Below, piece after piece: positions 47,097 to 55,683 of a stretch of DNA of 64,000 nucleotides (position 1 is its first letter; every line of letters begins with the position of its first letter). Under the pieces are notes generated by a model. That model was not told the DNA's origin. It saw only the letters and a program-made list of their open reading frames with translations, and ran no database searches. The position numbers and the translations under genes are program-made. Location of the stretch: assembly GCA_045534675.1 (NCBI GenBank), contig JAZSKE010000031.1, positions 20,043 to 84,042 on the forward strand. The letters run 5' to 3'. The stretch comes from Acutalibacteraceae bacterium. Lineage in GTDB: Bacteria > Bacillota > Clostridia > Oscillospirales > Acutalibacteraceae.

Positions 47097-48641
47097 ATGG
47101 TTGAAGTATTTTTACCTACAGGTGAAAAAGTACACGCTTATCCCATTACCAGTTCACAGAAGATGATGTATCTTATGTCGCTTAAATACGGCTCAGGCTA
47201 TCCTGTTAACAATATCGGATTTGGCTTTTATTGGCAGGGTGAAATGGACAAGGCTGTTATGAAAAAAGCTATTTACGAAGCGATTGAACGTTGTGACACA
47301 ATGAGACTTCGTTTTGTTATGGGCAAGAAGCTTCAGCTTCTTCAGTATGTAACATATAACAGTGAGCTTGTTGTTGAAGATTGGGACTTCAGTGATATGA
47401 CAATCGATGAGGCTGAGGAAAAGATACTTGCTTTCTCAAGAGAGAGCATTCCCATGTATAAGTGCGAGCTTCATAAAATTGCCCTTGTTGATTTTGCTGA
47501 CGGATATCACGGCATCTTTATGAGAATACAGCACCTTGCAATGGATGCTTATTCACTCAAGGTCTTCGTCAATGATATTATTGATATCTATATGCACAGA
47601 ACAAGAGGTACCGGATATCCCAAGCCTATGCGTCCCTACATACCCGTACTTGAAGATGAGCTTGCTTATGAAACATCTAAGCAGCATAAAGATGACCAGA
47701 TGTATTGGTACAACTCACTTGCTCTGAGTACTGAGCCTATCTTCACAGATTTCATGCTTGATAACAGACTTAAACAGCAGCAGATTAAGGAACCGGACAA
47801 GCGTTATGCTGACATTCACTCAGGTCTTCCCGATGCTTCAGGCTTCAAGTTCAGCATGAGCGCAGAAGACAGCAAAAAGATAATGGATATGTGCGAGGCA
47901 AACAATCTTTCCATCTTCTCATATCTTTCAATGGGTGTTCGCACCGCTCTTTCATGCTTCAATGATAATCAGGAAGATGTTTCCTTCAAGATGATTATCA
48001 ACAGACGCGGTACTATTGCCGAAAAGAAGTCAGGCGGTATCCGTATCAACTTCCTTCCTATGAGAAGCATTGTCAAGCCTACCGAAACTTTTATCGATGC
48101 AGTCAGAGGCATTTCTGAGATTCAGAACGAAATGTATCAGCATTCAAGACTTGCATTCCTTGAAACACTTGCTGAAAGACACAAGTCAATGTCAAAGGAT
48201 GCTAAGTTTGACTCAACATATGACAGCTTCGGTCTTTCATATCAGCCCCATGTCAAGATGAAAGCCATTGACGAGCAGATGGAAAAGACAGCACGTACTA
48301 TATGGTACAACAACGGTGCTATTATGATTCCTCTTTATGTAACTGTTGTTCACAGACAAGGTGATGCAGGCTTTGATTTCATCTGCGAATACAGATCAGA
48401 GCAGCAGGCTGAATATGACCTCAGAGTACTTTGCTCAAAAATTGAAAAAGCTATGGTTCTCGGTGCAGAGAATCCCCATATAACAGTACAGGAAGTACTT
48501 GATAAAATTGCGTTAACTGATGAAGAAAGGAACGGTAAACCCCAATGCAAACAATCGAAAAACTTATTGACATCCTTGCAAACTACGTGGAAGCTGACGA
48601 AATCAAGGCTGAAGACAATTTTAAGTCTGATCTCGGCATGA
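47097..48641 (+). CDS. Stand-alone condensation (C) domain protein
   Basis: C1-like motif YPITSSQKMMYLM and a catalytic HHxxxDG-type variant, IQHLAMDAYS. About 480 aa of C-domain length. The last ~32 codons overlap the carrier-protein gene. Confidence 0.75.
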   Translation: MVEVFLPTGEKVHAYPITSSQKMMYLMSLKYGSGYPVNNIGFGFYWQGEMDKAVMKKAIYEAIERCDTMRLRFVMGKKLQLLQYVTYNSELVVEDWDFSDMTIDEAEEKILAFSRESIPMYKCELHKIALVDFADGYHGIFMRIQHLAMDAYSLKVFVNDIIDIYMHRTRGTGYPKPMRPYIPVLEDELAYETSKQHKDDQMYWYNSLALSTEPIFTDFMLDNRLKQQQIKEPDKRYADIHSGLPDASGFKFSMSAEDSKKIMDMCEANNLSIFSYLSMGVRTALSCFNDNQEDVSFKMIINRRGTIAEKKSGGIRINFLPMRSIVKPTETFIDAVRGISEIQNEMYQHSRLAFLETLAERHKSMSKDAKFDSTYDSFGLSYQPHVKMKAIDEQMEKTARTIWYNNGAIMIPLYVTVVHRQGDAGFDFICEYRSEQQAEYDLRVLCSKIEKAMVLGAENPHITVQEVLDKIALTDEERNGKPQCKQSKNLLTSLQTTWKLTKSRLKTILSLISA

Positions 48642-48772
48642 GTTCATTTGACACAATGTGCATGATCGGCGATATCAAGTCAGCTCTCGGTGTTGAGCTT
48701 AAAGCTGCAGATTTTGTTAAGAATAAGTCTGTTGGCGAAATGGCTGCTTATATCGATTCAGTAAAAGCATAA
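48545..48772 (+). CDS. Acyl/peptidyl carrier protein
   Basis: 75 aa four-helix-type carrier with the phosphopantetheine attachment motif DLGMSSFDTM. Confidence 0.8.
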   Translation: MQTIEKLIDILANYVEADEIKAEDNFKSDLGMSSFDTMCMIGDIKSALGVELKAADFVKNKSVGEMAAYIDSVKA

Positions 48773-48786
48773 TTCAGCATATTTTA

Positions 48787-48824
48787 AAAGGACAGTTACC
48801 TTAATCGGTAGCTGTCCTTTTTTG
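48787..48824. terminator. Strong, probably bidirectional terminator
   Basis: AAAGGACAGTTACC-6 nt-GGTAGCTGTCCTTT with a T-run downstream and an A-run upstream. Confidence 0.85.
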
Positions 48825-48962
48825 TCAATTGTGCAGGACTTCTCCGCAATCAATCAACATTTGCGGAAAAGTCACAAACGCATACGAGTGCCGTAATCGG
48901 GTCTCATTAACCTTACCGCACTTATATTGTGGCTTAATCTGAGTTATATAAACATAGAAAAA

Positions 48963-50333
48963 TTATCCTTTTAGGCGGCCTACCATAATCTTTGCTGCCT
49001 TATAAATATCGCCGCAGCCGAGAGTGATGATTATGTCGCCTTTTTTTGCATTTGCAAGCACATGGTCACAAACCTCTTCAAAGGTGTTGAACCACACACT
49101 GCCGGGAATTTTATCTGCTAAATCCTTTGTGTAAATGCCGTAGGTGTTCACTTCTCTTGAACCCATAATTTCAGTCATAACACATTTATCGGGGATTTTC
49201 AGCACACGCACAAAGTCGTCAAAAAGGATGGATGTTCTTGAATAGGTGAAGGGCTGGAAGACTGCCCACACGGTGTTGTAACCCATTTTCATAACTGCAT
49301 TGAGTGTAACCTCAAGCTCACCGGGATGATGTGCATAGTCATCGGCAATTGTTATGCCGTCAATTTCACCTAAAATTTCAAAGCGTCTGCCTGCGCCCTT
49401 GAATGCACCGATGCCTTTTTCGCACTGCTCGTAGGTGCAGCCTGCATTTACTGCTGCTGCAAAAGCGGCAAGCGAATTGAGAATATTATGCTCTCCGGGG
49501 ATGCCAAGAACAAGGTGAGCCAGCTTATTACCCTCACTCATAACATCAAATTCGGCAAACGCACCTCTGTTATAAGTGATGTTCTCAGGGTAATATGTAC
49601 AACTCTTGTTTTTGCCGAAACTGATTTTTTCTTTGTTAAGATTTTTCACAGTGCGCAGAGTATTTTCATCATCACCGTTGAAAATTACGGTTTTTGATGT
49701 CATATCACAGAATTTATTGAAGGAAGCAACAATATTATCGAGATTTTTGAAATATTCAAGGTGATCTTCATCAACATTGAGAAGTATTGTCACATCGGGT
49801 GACAGCTTATGGTAGTGATCCTTATATTCGCAGGCTTCGCACACAAAAATATCGCTCTTGCCGGCTCTGCCGTGGCTCTCAATAAGGGGCAGTCTGCCGC
49901 CGATAAGACAAGTGGGATCCTTTTCAGCTTCAATAAGAATCTGTGAAAGCATAGCAGTTACCGTTGTCTTGCCGTGAGTGCCGCAGACAGCGATGCAATC
50001 TGAATACATTCTTGTGATTGCACCGAAAATTTCAGCTCTTTCAACGCAGGGTACACTGCCGTTTTTAGCAGCCACAAGCTCGGGATTATCTTTTAGAATT
50101 GCATCGGTGTAAACAATAAGCTCAGCGCCTTCGAGATTTTCCGGCTTCTGACCTAAAATAACCTTCATTCCAAGCTCACGAAGCTTTGTAATATTATCCC
50201 CGTCGTTGTTGTCTGAGCCGCTGATATCGTAGCCCCATGAGTGGAGAATTTCAGCTATGGGACACATACCTGAGCCGCCGATGCCGATAAAATGAATTTT
50301 CTTTATTTCTTTTAAAAGGCTGTCTATATTCAT
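48963..50333 (-). CDS. murC: UDP-N-acetylmuramate--L-alanine ligase
   Basis: IHFIGIGGSGM and GTHGKTT Mur ligase motifs. Confidence 0.93.
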   Translation of the reverse strand: MNIDSLLKEIKKIHFIGIGGSGMCPIAEILHSWGYDISGSDNNDGDNITKLRELGMKVILGQKPENLEGAELIVYTDAILKDNPELVAAKNGSVPCVERAEIFGAITRMYSDCIAVCGTHGKTTVTAMLSQILIEAEKDPTCLIGGRLPLIESHGRAGKSDIFVCEACEYKDHYHKLSPDVTILLNVDEDHLEYFKNLDNIVASFNKFCDMTSKTVIFNGDDENTLRTVKNLNKEKISFGKNKSCTYYPENITYNRGAFAEFDVMSEGNKLAHLVLGIPGEHNILNSLAAFAAAVNAGCTYEQCEKGIGAFKGAGRRFEILGEIDGITIADDYAHHPGELEVTLNAVMKMGYNTVWAVFQPFTYSRTSILFDDFVRVLKIPDKCVMTEIMGSREVNTYGIYTKDLADKIPGSVWFNTFEEVCDHVLANAKKGDIIITLGCGDIYKAAKIMVGRLKG

Positions 50334-50465
50334 TGTGAATAACTCCTTATAAATATTCTACCCTTTATTATATTGCAATAAGCAAAAATAGTAAACACTT
50401 TCATAAAAATTAACATGAAAAATTTTTCTGCATAATATAGAGTATAAATGATATGGGGGAGTAAT

Positions 50466-51293
50466 ATGGAAAATTATCTCATTATCGGCGGAGACAAACG
50501 TCAGAAGGTATTATATGACCGGCTTAAGGCAAGAGGCAAAAACGCAGTTTATGTGACTTCATCTGACTTTGGAAACATTGCTTCATACTCATATATTATT
50601 TTGCCTGTACCGGTTAGCAAAGACAATGAAAACATTTATTGCAGCAAGGCTGATTTTGTAATATCACTGAGTGAACTCGAGGAAAAATTAACACCGTTAC
50701 AAACTGTTTTTGGCGGCGGCTTTCCGGAAAACTTTAAAAATCAGTTGGATAAAAAAGGTGTAAAGAGTTTTGATTTTATGACAGACGAGAGCTTTGTTAC
50801 AGCTAATGCTTATCTCACTGCTCAGGGAACTCTCCGTCTTGTGCTTGAAAATACCGAGGAATACATTATTGGCAAAAAGATGCTGATTATAGGCTTCGGC
50901 AGGGTCGCAAAAGCAGTTGCTTCAATAATGAAAGGGATAGGAGCAGATGTCTACATAGCCGCGCGGAATTTTTCTCAGTTGAAGCTTGCAGAGCTATGCG
51001 CATACAAGAAAGTGAATCTGAGTGATATGAGCGGCTGTTTATCCGATTTTTCTTACATTTTCGGTACGGTGCCGTCTAATGTACTCACTGAAGATAACAT
51101 AAAATTCATAAGAGATGACTGCATATATTTTGAGCTTGCATCAGCGCCTTTCACAGCTGATAAAAATGCCTTTGAGCGTTACGGCAAAAGGTACATTTTG
51201 GGCGGAGCTTTGCCCGGGAAATTTTTACCCGTAGCATCAGGAAATTTGCTCTTTGAATATATTATGCGGTTCACCTCTGAAAATAAGGAGTGA
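50466..51293 (+). CDS. dpaA: Dipicolinate synthase subunit A
   Basis: N-terminal LIIGGDKRQ and a Rossmann motif IIGFGRVA. Paired with dpaB. Start set at ATG 50466 after GGGGGAG. Confidence 0.75.
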   Translation: MENYLIIGGDKRQKVLYDRLKARGKNAVYVTSSDFGNIASYSYIILPVPVSKDNENIYCSKADFVISLSELEEKLTPLQTVFGGGFPENFKNQLDKKGVKSFDFMTDESFVTANAYLTAQGTLRLVLENTEEYIIGKKMLIIGFGRVAKAVASIMKGIGADVYIAARNFSQLKLAELCAYKKVNLSDMSGCLSDFSYIFGTVPSNVLTEDNIKFIRDDCIYFELASAPFTADKNAFERYGKRYILGGALPGKFLPVASGNLLFEYIMRFTSENKE

Positions 51294-51298
51294 AACTA

Positions 51299-51871
51299 TT
51301 GAAAACCATAACTGCCGGCTTTGCTCTCACGGGTTCATTCTGCACCTTTGAGCGAGCTATCAGACAAATAGAGCATCTCATATCAAAAGGAATAAACATT
51401 CTGCCGATAATGTCATTTAACGCATCAAAAGAAGACACTCGCTTCGGCAGAGCAGAAGACTTTATTGAAAGGATTGAAAAGTTAACGGGAAATAAGGTGA
51501 TTAAAACCATAATTGACGCTGAACCTATCGGGCCGAAAAATCTTATTGACATTCTTATAATTATGCCATGTACGGGCAACACTCTTGCAAAGCTTTCCTG
51601 CGGAATATATGATACCCCCGTTACACTTGCGGCAAAAAGTCATCTTCGTAATCAGAAGCCTGTTCTCATAGGTGTATCCTCCAACGATTCACTGTCATCT
51701 TCTGCCAAAAATATCGGCGCACTGCTGAATTACAAGCACTATTATTTTGTACCTATGAGTCAGGATGCACCTGAAGCTAAACCTTTTTCCATAGTCTGTG
51801 ATTTTGAAAGGGTGTATGACGCAATGCTTCTTGCTCTTGAAGAAAAACAGCTTGAGCCGATTATCTTCTGA
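51299..51871 (+). CDS. dpaB: Dipicolinate synthase subunit B (flavoprotein)
   Basis: TGSFCTF and MPCTGNTLAKL...LAAKSHLRN motifs. TTG 51299, 8 nt after AAGGAG, is the likely start; the ORF opens at GTG 51290. Confidence 0.8.
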   Translation: MKTITAGFALTGSFCTFERAIRQIEHLISKGINILPIMSFNASKEDTRFGRAEDFIERIEKLTGNKVIKTIIDAEPIGPKNLIDILIIMPCTGNTLAKLSCGIYDTPVTLAAKSHLRNQKPVLIGVSSNDSLSSSAKNIGALLNYKHYYFVPMSQDAPEAKPFSIVCDFERVYDAMLLALEEKQLEPIIF

Positions 51872-51876
51872 AAAGA

Positions 51877-51920
51877 AAGGAGCTGTAAAAAAACGAAAGT
51901 TTTTTACAGCTCCTTTTTAG
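51877..51920 (+). terminator. Intrinsic terminator after dpaB
   Basis: 17-bp stem AAAGGAGCTGTAAAAAA / TTTTTTACAGCTCCTTT followed by TT. Confidence 0.85.
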
Positions 51921-52206
51921 GGGTGTGAAAAAATGCGCAGAATGAACAAACTGAGCAAAAATAAAGCTTCGGCTTTATTTTTGGTTACCCTAAGGCGTAC
52001 AAAGGTACGTCGAGAGGCGAAGTTTGTTTATAGCATAAACAGAAAAACTGCAAAAATTGCAGTTTTTCTGATTTTTATATGTTTTAAAGGGTTCCTTTGG
52101 ACTTTTCATCCTGAAGGAACCCTTTATTTATCTCGGTTTATGCGGTCTGCACTTTTTTTACAGCCCCATTGCAATAGGTTTAAAAAATGAAATATTGAAT
52201 AGTCAA

Positions 52207-53571
52207 TTACATATTGCCGAAGATTTCTCTAATCTCAGCAGCTCTGCCGCAGGTCATTTTGCCTTCGGGACAAGCTCCGTGTACATAGCAGCTGGGTCCG
52301 TAAAGCGAGAAGAGGTCAGGTGAAATCTTGCGAAGCTTCTTAAGGAAATCGTTAGCAAAGAGCTGAATTTCCCACTGAGCTCTTGTGCATGAGCGAAGTC
52401 TGAAGAAAAGAAGCATCTCACGGGCGTTCATTGTTGTTACAATGTCAAGAGTGTTACCGCTGAGTACGCAGTATATAAGCACATTATCGTCATATCCCTT
52501 TGTTTTAAGCTCGTTATAAAGCTCTTTCATATCAGCGAAAGCCTCGTTATAAATTGCGAGTGCATCACTGTCAGCCTTTATTGTGTCAGGGATAACATAT
52601 GAGCTTCTGTCTGCTTTCATAAGACTCGGAATGCAAATGCTCTGTATTCTGTGTCTTGCAAAATGTGTCAGACAAGCAAGTGAAACCTTGTTGAATTTAA
52701 CTGTGCAGGTGTAGCTTTCAAGCGCTCTGGGTCTTGATGATGCTGCAAGCTTTTTAAATACAGCTTTAATGTTTTCCTTATCGCTCACGATTTTTTTTGC
52801 AGCAGCAGGGGAGTAGCCTGCCTCATAAAGTGCGCACAAGGCTACATTCTTTTCGCCGTCGGGCGTATATGCAAGAATTTCGCAAAGCTCATCGGATGAC
52901 TTGTCATCACCGTTTTCAAAGCCGTAATCAAGTTCATCGTTATATTTCTGACCTTTAAGCTCAAAGTCAATAAACAGACCGGGTGCAATAGCCTTACACT
53001 GCTCAAGCAGTGACAGACCTATTTCATATATCTCTTTGATTTTTCTGCCTCTGCCGTAAATCATGGCATTAAGCACATTTATAAGCTCTCTGCCGCCAAG
53101 TGAACAGAAAAAGTTTGAATAGAAGCAGTAGGGCAGCACAAAGCGTGCATCCTCTTTCGGAATTTCTTTTTCGGTCAGTGCTGAGTAAGCGGCAAAAAGC
53201 TTGTCCATTACGGCAGTGTACTTTGCCATATCTTTATCGTCAGCGAATGCGGGAACAAGATAACCGCAATCTGCAAAGTCGACATAGCGTCTTGATTTAA
53301 CGGTGAATGAAGCAAGTCTGAATTCAATCATAAACTGCTCAACAACAACGCTGACATTTTCAAAAGCAAGGTTGAAGAATATGTGTTCAATTGTTGAGGT
53401 GTGACCTGATTTTGTTACTTTGCCGATAAGTTTTGTGTTTTTTTCTTCGTCGTGGCTTCTCTCAAAAATTTCAAGAGCAGTGCCGTTCTGTGTGGAAATT
53501 CGTCCCGATGCGGCGCAGACCTCCTGCTTTACATCTGAACAGCCTATTACAAAAGCACCGTGTTTATCCAT
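52207..53571 (-). CDS. Double-length, internally duplicated ThyX-family (FAD-dependent thymidylate synthase-like) protein
   Basis: 454 aa. The first half has SGHTSTIEH and FRLASFTVKSRRY. The second half has FARHRIQSICIPS (RHRxxS). Confidence 0.7.
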   Translation of the reverse strand: MDKHGAFVIGCSDVKQEVCAASGRISTQNGTALEIFERSHDEEKNTKLIGKVTKSGHTSTIEHIFFNLAFENVSVVVEQFMIEFRLASFTVKSRRYVDFADCGYLVPAFADDKDMAKYTAVMDKLFAAYSALTEKEIPKEDARFVLPYCFYSNFFCSLGGRELINVLNAMIYGRGRKIKEIYEIGLSLLEQCKAIAPGLFIDFELKGQKYNDELDYGFENGDDKSSDELCEILAYTPDGEKNVALCALYEAGYSPAAAKKIVSDKENIKAVFKKLAASSRPRALESYTCTVKFNKVSLACLTHFARHRIQSICIPSLMKADRSSYVIPDTIKADSDALAIYNEAFADMKELYNELKTKGYDDNVLIYCVLSGNTLDIVTTMNAREMLLFFRLRSCTRAQWEIQLFANDFLKKLRKISPDLFSLYGPSCYVHGACPEGKMTCGRAAEIREIFGNM

Positions 53572-53702
53572 ATCTTATCTCTCCTATGTTTTTCTTCCCA
53601 TATATTGTAATAAATTAAATCATATTTGTCAATTCATATTTGCTAATTACAAATTATACACCCAAATAAACCAAAAAGTAAGAAAATTTTAAGGAAAAGT
53701 CA

Positions 53703-53731
53703 TTGATAAATCTGACAATTATTGGTATAAT
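53703..53731 (+). promoter_or_regulatory. Sigma-A promoter for the cupin-tmk-like operon
   Basis: TTGATA, 17-nt spacer, TATAAT. Confidence 0.55.
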
Positions 53732-53763
53732 GGCAAAGAATATGATAATAGGGGTATTTTGCG

Positions 53764-54111
53764 ATGATTAAAAGAAACAGTGAAATGAAAGTAAGTTTAA
53801 GAGAAAACATGCGTGGCGGTGACGGTACCGTTAAAATCACTGATATACTCGATGCAGGCGAATATAAGGGCAAGAGCCGTCTTTTAGGTGTTATCACACT
53901 TGAAAAGGGCTGCAGCATAGGCACTCATATTCACGAAAATGAAGAAGAGGTTTTCTATATTATTGAAGGCACAGCCGTTTATAACGATAACGGTAAAGAA
54001 GAAATCCTTTATGCGGGTGACAGCTGTGTTTGTCTTGGCGGTGAGGAGCATTCAATTGCCAATAAGTGCGATGAAACCCTCAGACTTTTCGCTGTTATTA
54101 TGACATACTGA
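53764..54111 (+). CDS. Cupin-domain protein
   Basis: GTHIHENEEEVFYIIEG...GEEHSI two-motif cupin pattern. Confidence 0.75.
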   Translation: MIKRNSEMKVSLRENMRGGDGTVKITDILDAGEYKGKSRLLGVITLEKGCSIGTHIHENEEEVFYIIEGTAVYNDNGKEEILYAGDSCVCLGGEEHSIANKCDETLRLFAVIMTY

Positions 54112-54119
54112 GGTGCATC

Positions 54120-54794
54120 ATGGGTAAAATGATTGTTATTGACGGCCTTGACGGAAGCGGTAAAGCCACCCAGGCAGAGATGCTTAAAAACTATCTTTCA
54201 TCAAGAGGCTGCAGCACCTATACACTTGACCTGCCCTTTTATTCGGATGCGTCAAGCACTCTTGTGAAAATGTATCTTGGCGGTGAGCTTGGTGACAATC
54301 CTTCCGATGTCAACGCCTACGCGGCATCTACCTTCTATGCAGCCGACAGATATGCAAGCTATAAAAAGCACTGGCAGAAGGAATATGAAAGCGAAAAAAT
54401 TGTTGTTGCAAACAGATATACAACTTCAAACGCCTGCCACCAGATGACAAAACTCCCTAAGGACAAATGGGATGAATATTTAAGTTGGCTTTTTGAGTTT
54501 GAATACGGCAAGCTTGGCATACCCGAGCCTGACTGTGTTATCTTTCTTGATATGCCCGTTGATATTTCACAAAAACTGTTGTTAAAACGCTATAAAGGTG
54601 ACGAAAATAAAAAAGATGTGCATGAAAGAGATGTCAGGTATCTCTTTGACTGTCACGAAGCTGCAGTGTATGCTGCCGAAAAATTAGGTTGGCACAGAGT
54701 AATCTGCGGTAAAGACGGTGAACCTCTTACAATAGACGAAATTTCGGCTGAGGTCTGCCGTATAGCGGAAAGGGAGCTTTTAGGAAATGACTGA
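54120..54794 (+). CDS. Thymidylate kinase-family protein
   Basis: P-loop VIDGLDGSGKATQ and an ANRYTTSNACHQ region corresponding to the Tmk DRY...AYQ motif. Confidence 0.7.
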   Translation: MGKMIVIDGLDGSGKATQAEMLKNYLSSRGCSTYTLDLPFYSDASSTLVKMYLGGELGDNPSDVNAYAASTFYAADRYASYKKHWQKEYESEKIVVANRYTTSNACHQMTKLPKDKWDEYLSWLFEFEYGKLGIPEPDCVIFLDMPVDISQKLLLKRYKGDENKKDVHERDVRYLFDCHEAAVYAAEKLGWHRVICGKDGEPLTIDEISAEVCRIAERELLGND

Positions 54795-55683
54795 ACTACA
54801 CACCGTAACTCTCGGTGATAAAACATGGATAAACGAAATACTTTCAAAGGTGCCGTTTTTTACCTGTGAATATCCATTCGGTAATGTGTTTTCCTACGGC
54901 GCTAAAATGGAAATTAAGGTTGGTAATATTGCAGGCTGTCTTGTCACCAAGTGTATATATGATGACAGCATTATGTACTGCTGTCCCATTGGCGACGGCG
55001 ATATGAAAATGGCAATTGAATTTATCTTAGACGATGCTCGCAAAGACGGCAGAGATTTTGAAATATTCGGTATTTCACCTGATTCTGCTGAATTTATTTC
55101 AGAAAATTTTCAGGGCGTTTTTGATATTTCTCTTCAGAGGAATACCTTCGACTATATTTACAGCAGTGAAGATCTGATAAATCTTGCCGGTAAAAAATAT
55201 CAGCCCAAGCGTAACCATATCTCGTTTTTTATGAGAAATAACAATTGGAGCTACGAAAGAATAACAAGAGAGAATATTCCCGAGTGCCTTGAAATGAGCA
55301 AGGTCTGGCTTGAGGGCACTCTTGAAGAATACAGAGAAGACCTTGAAGCCGAGCTTAAAATAATTAGAAGAGTTTTTGATAACTATGAGGAACTTGGCTA
55401 TGTGGGCGGACTTTTAAGAGCAGACGGCAAGGTTATTGCCTACACAATGGGAGAGAGAATGACCGATGAAATGTTCTGTGTTCACATTGAAAAGGCCTTC
55501 TCCGATATCAGAGGGGCATACCCTATGATAAATCAGCAGTTTGTTAAAAACGAACTGTCAGATTACAAATATATTAACCGTGAGGACGATACGGGTGCTG
55601 AAAATCTCAGAAAAGCCAAGCTGAGCTATTACCCTGTCATCCTTGCAGAAAAGTATGAGGCGAAGCTGAAAAATGCTAATTAA
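54787..55683 (+). CDS. DUF2156 protein (stand-alone homolog of the MprF aminoacyl-PG synthase C-terminal domain)
   Basis: AGKKYQPKRNHISFF plus tandem GNAT-like halves; no membrane domain. Overlaps the neighbouring genes at both ends. Confidence 0.6.
   Translation: MTELHTVTLGDKTWINEILSKVPFFTCEYPFGNVFSYGAKMEIKVGNIAGCLVTKCIYDDSIMYCCPIGDGDMKMAIEFILDDARKDGRDFEIFGISPDSAEFISENFQGVFDISLQRNTFDYIYSSEDLINLAGKKYQPKRNHISFFMRNNNWSYERITRENIPECLEMSKVWLEGTLEEYREDLEAELKIIRRVFDNYEELGYVGGLLRADGKVIAYTMGERMTDEMFCVHIEKAFSDIRGAYPMINQQFVKNELSDYKYINREDDTGAENLRKAKLSYYPVILAEKYEAKLKNAN

Noticed and set aside
51933-52190. 85-codon ORF between dpaB and the ThyX-like gene
   Set aside because: The sequence consists of consecutive terminator-like hairpins. 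There is no RBS and the peptide is low-complexity.
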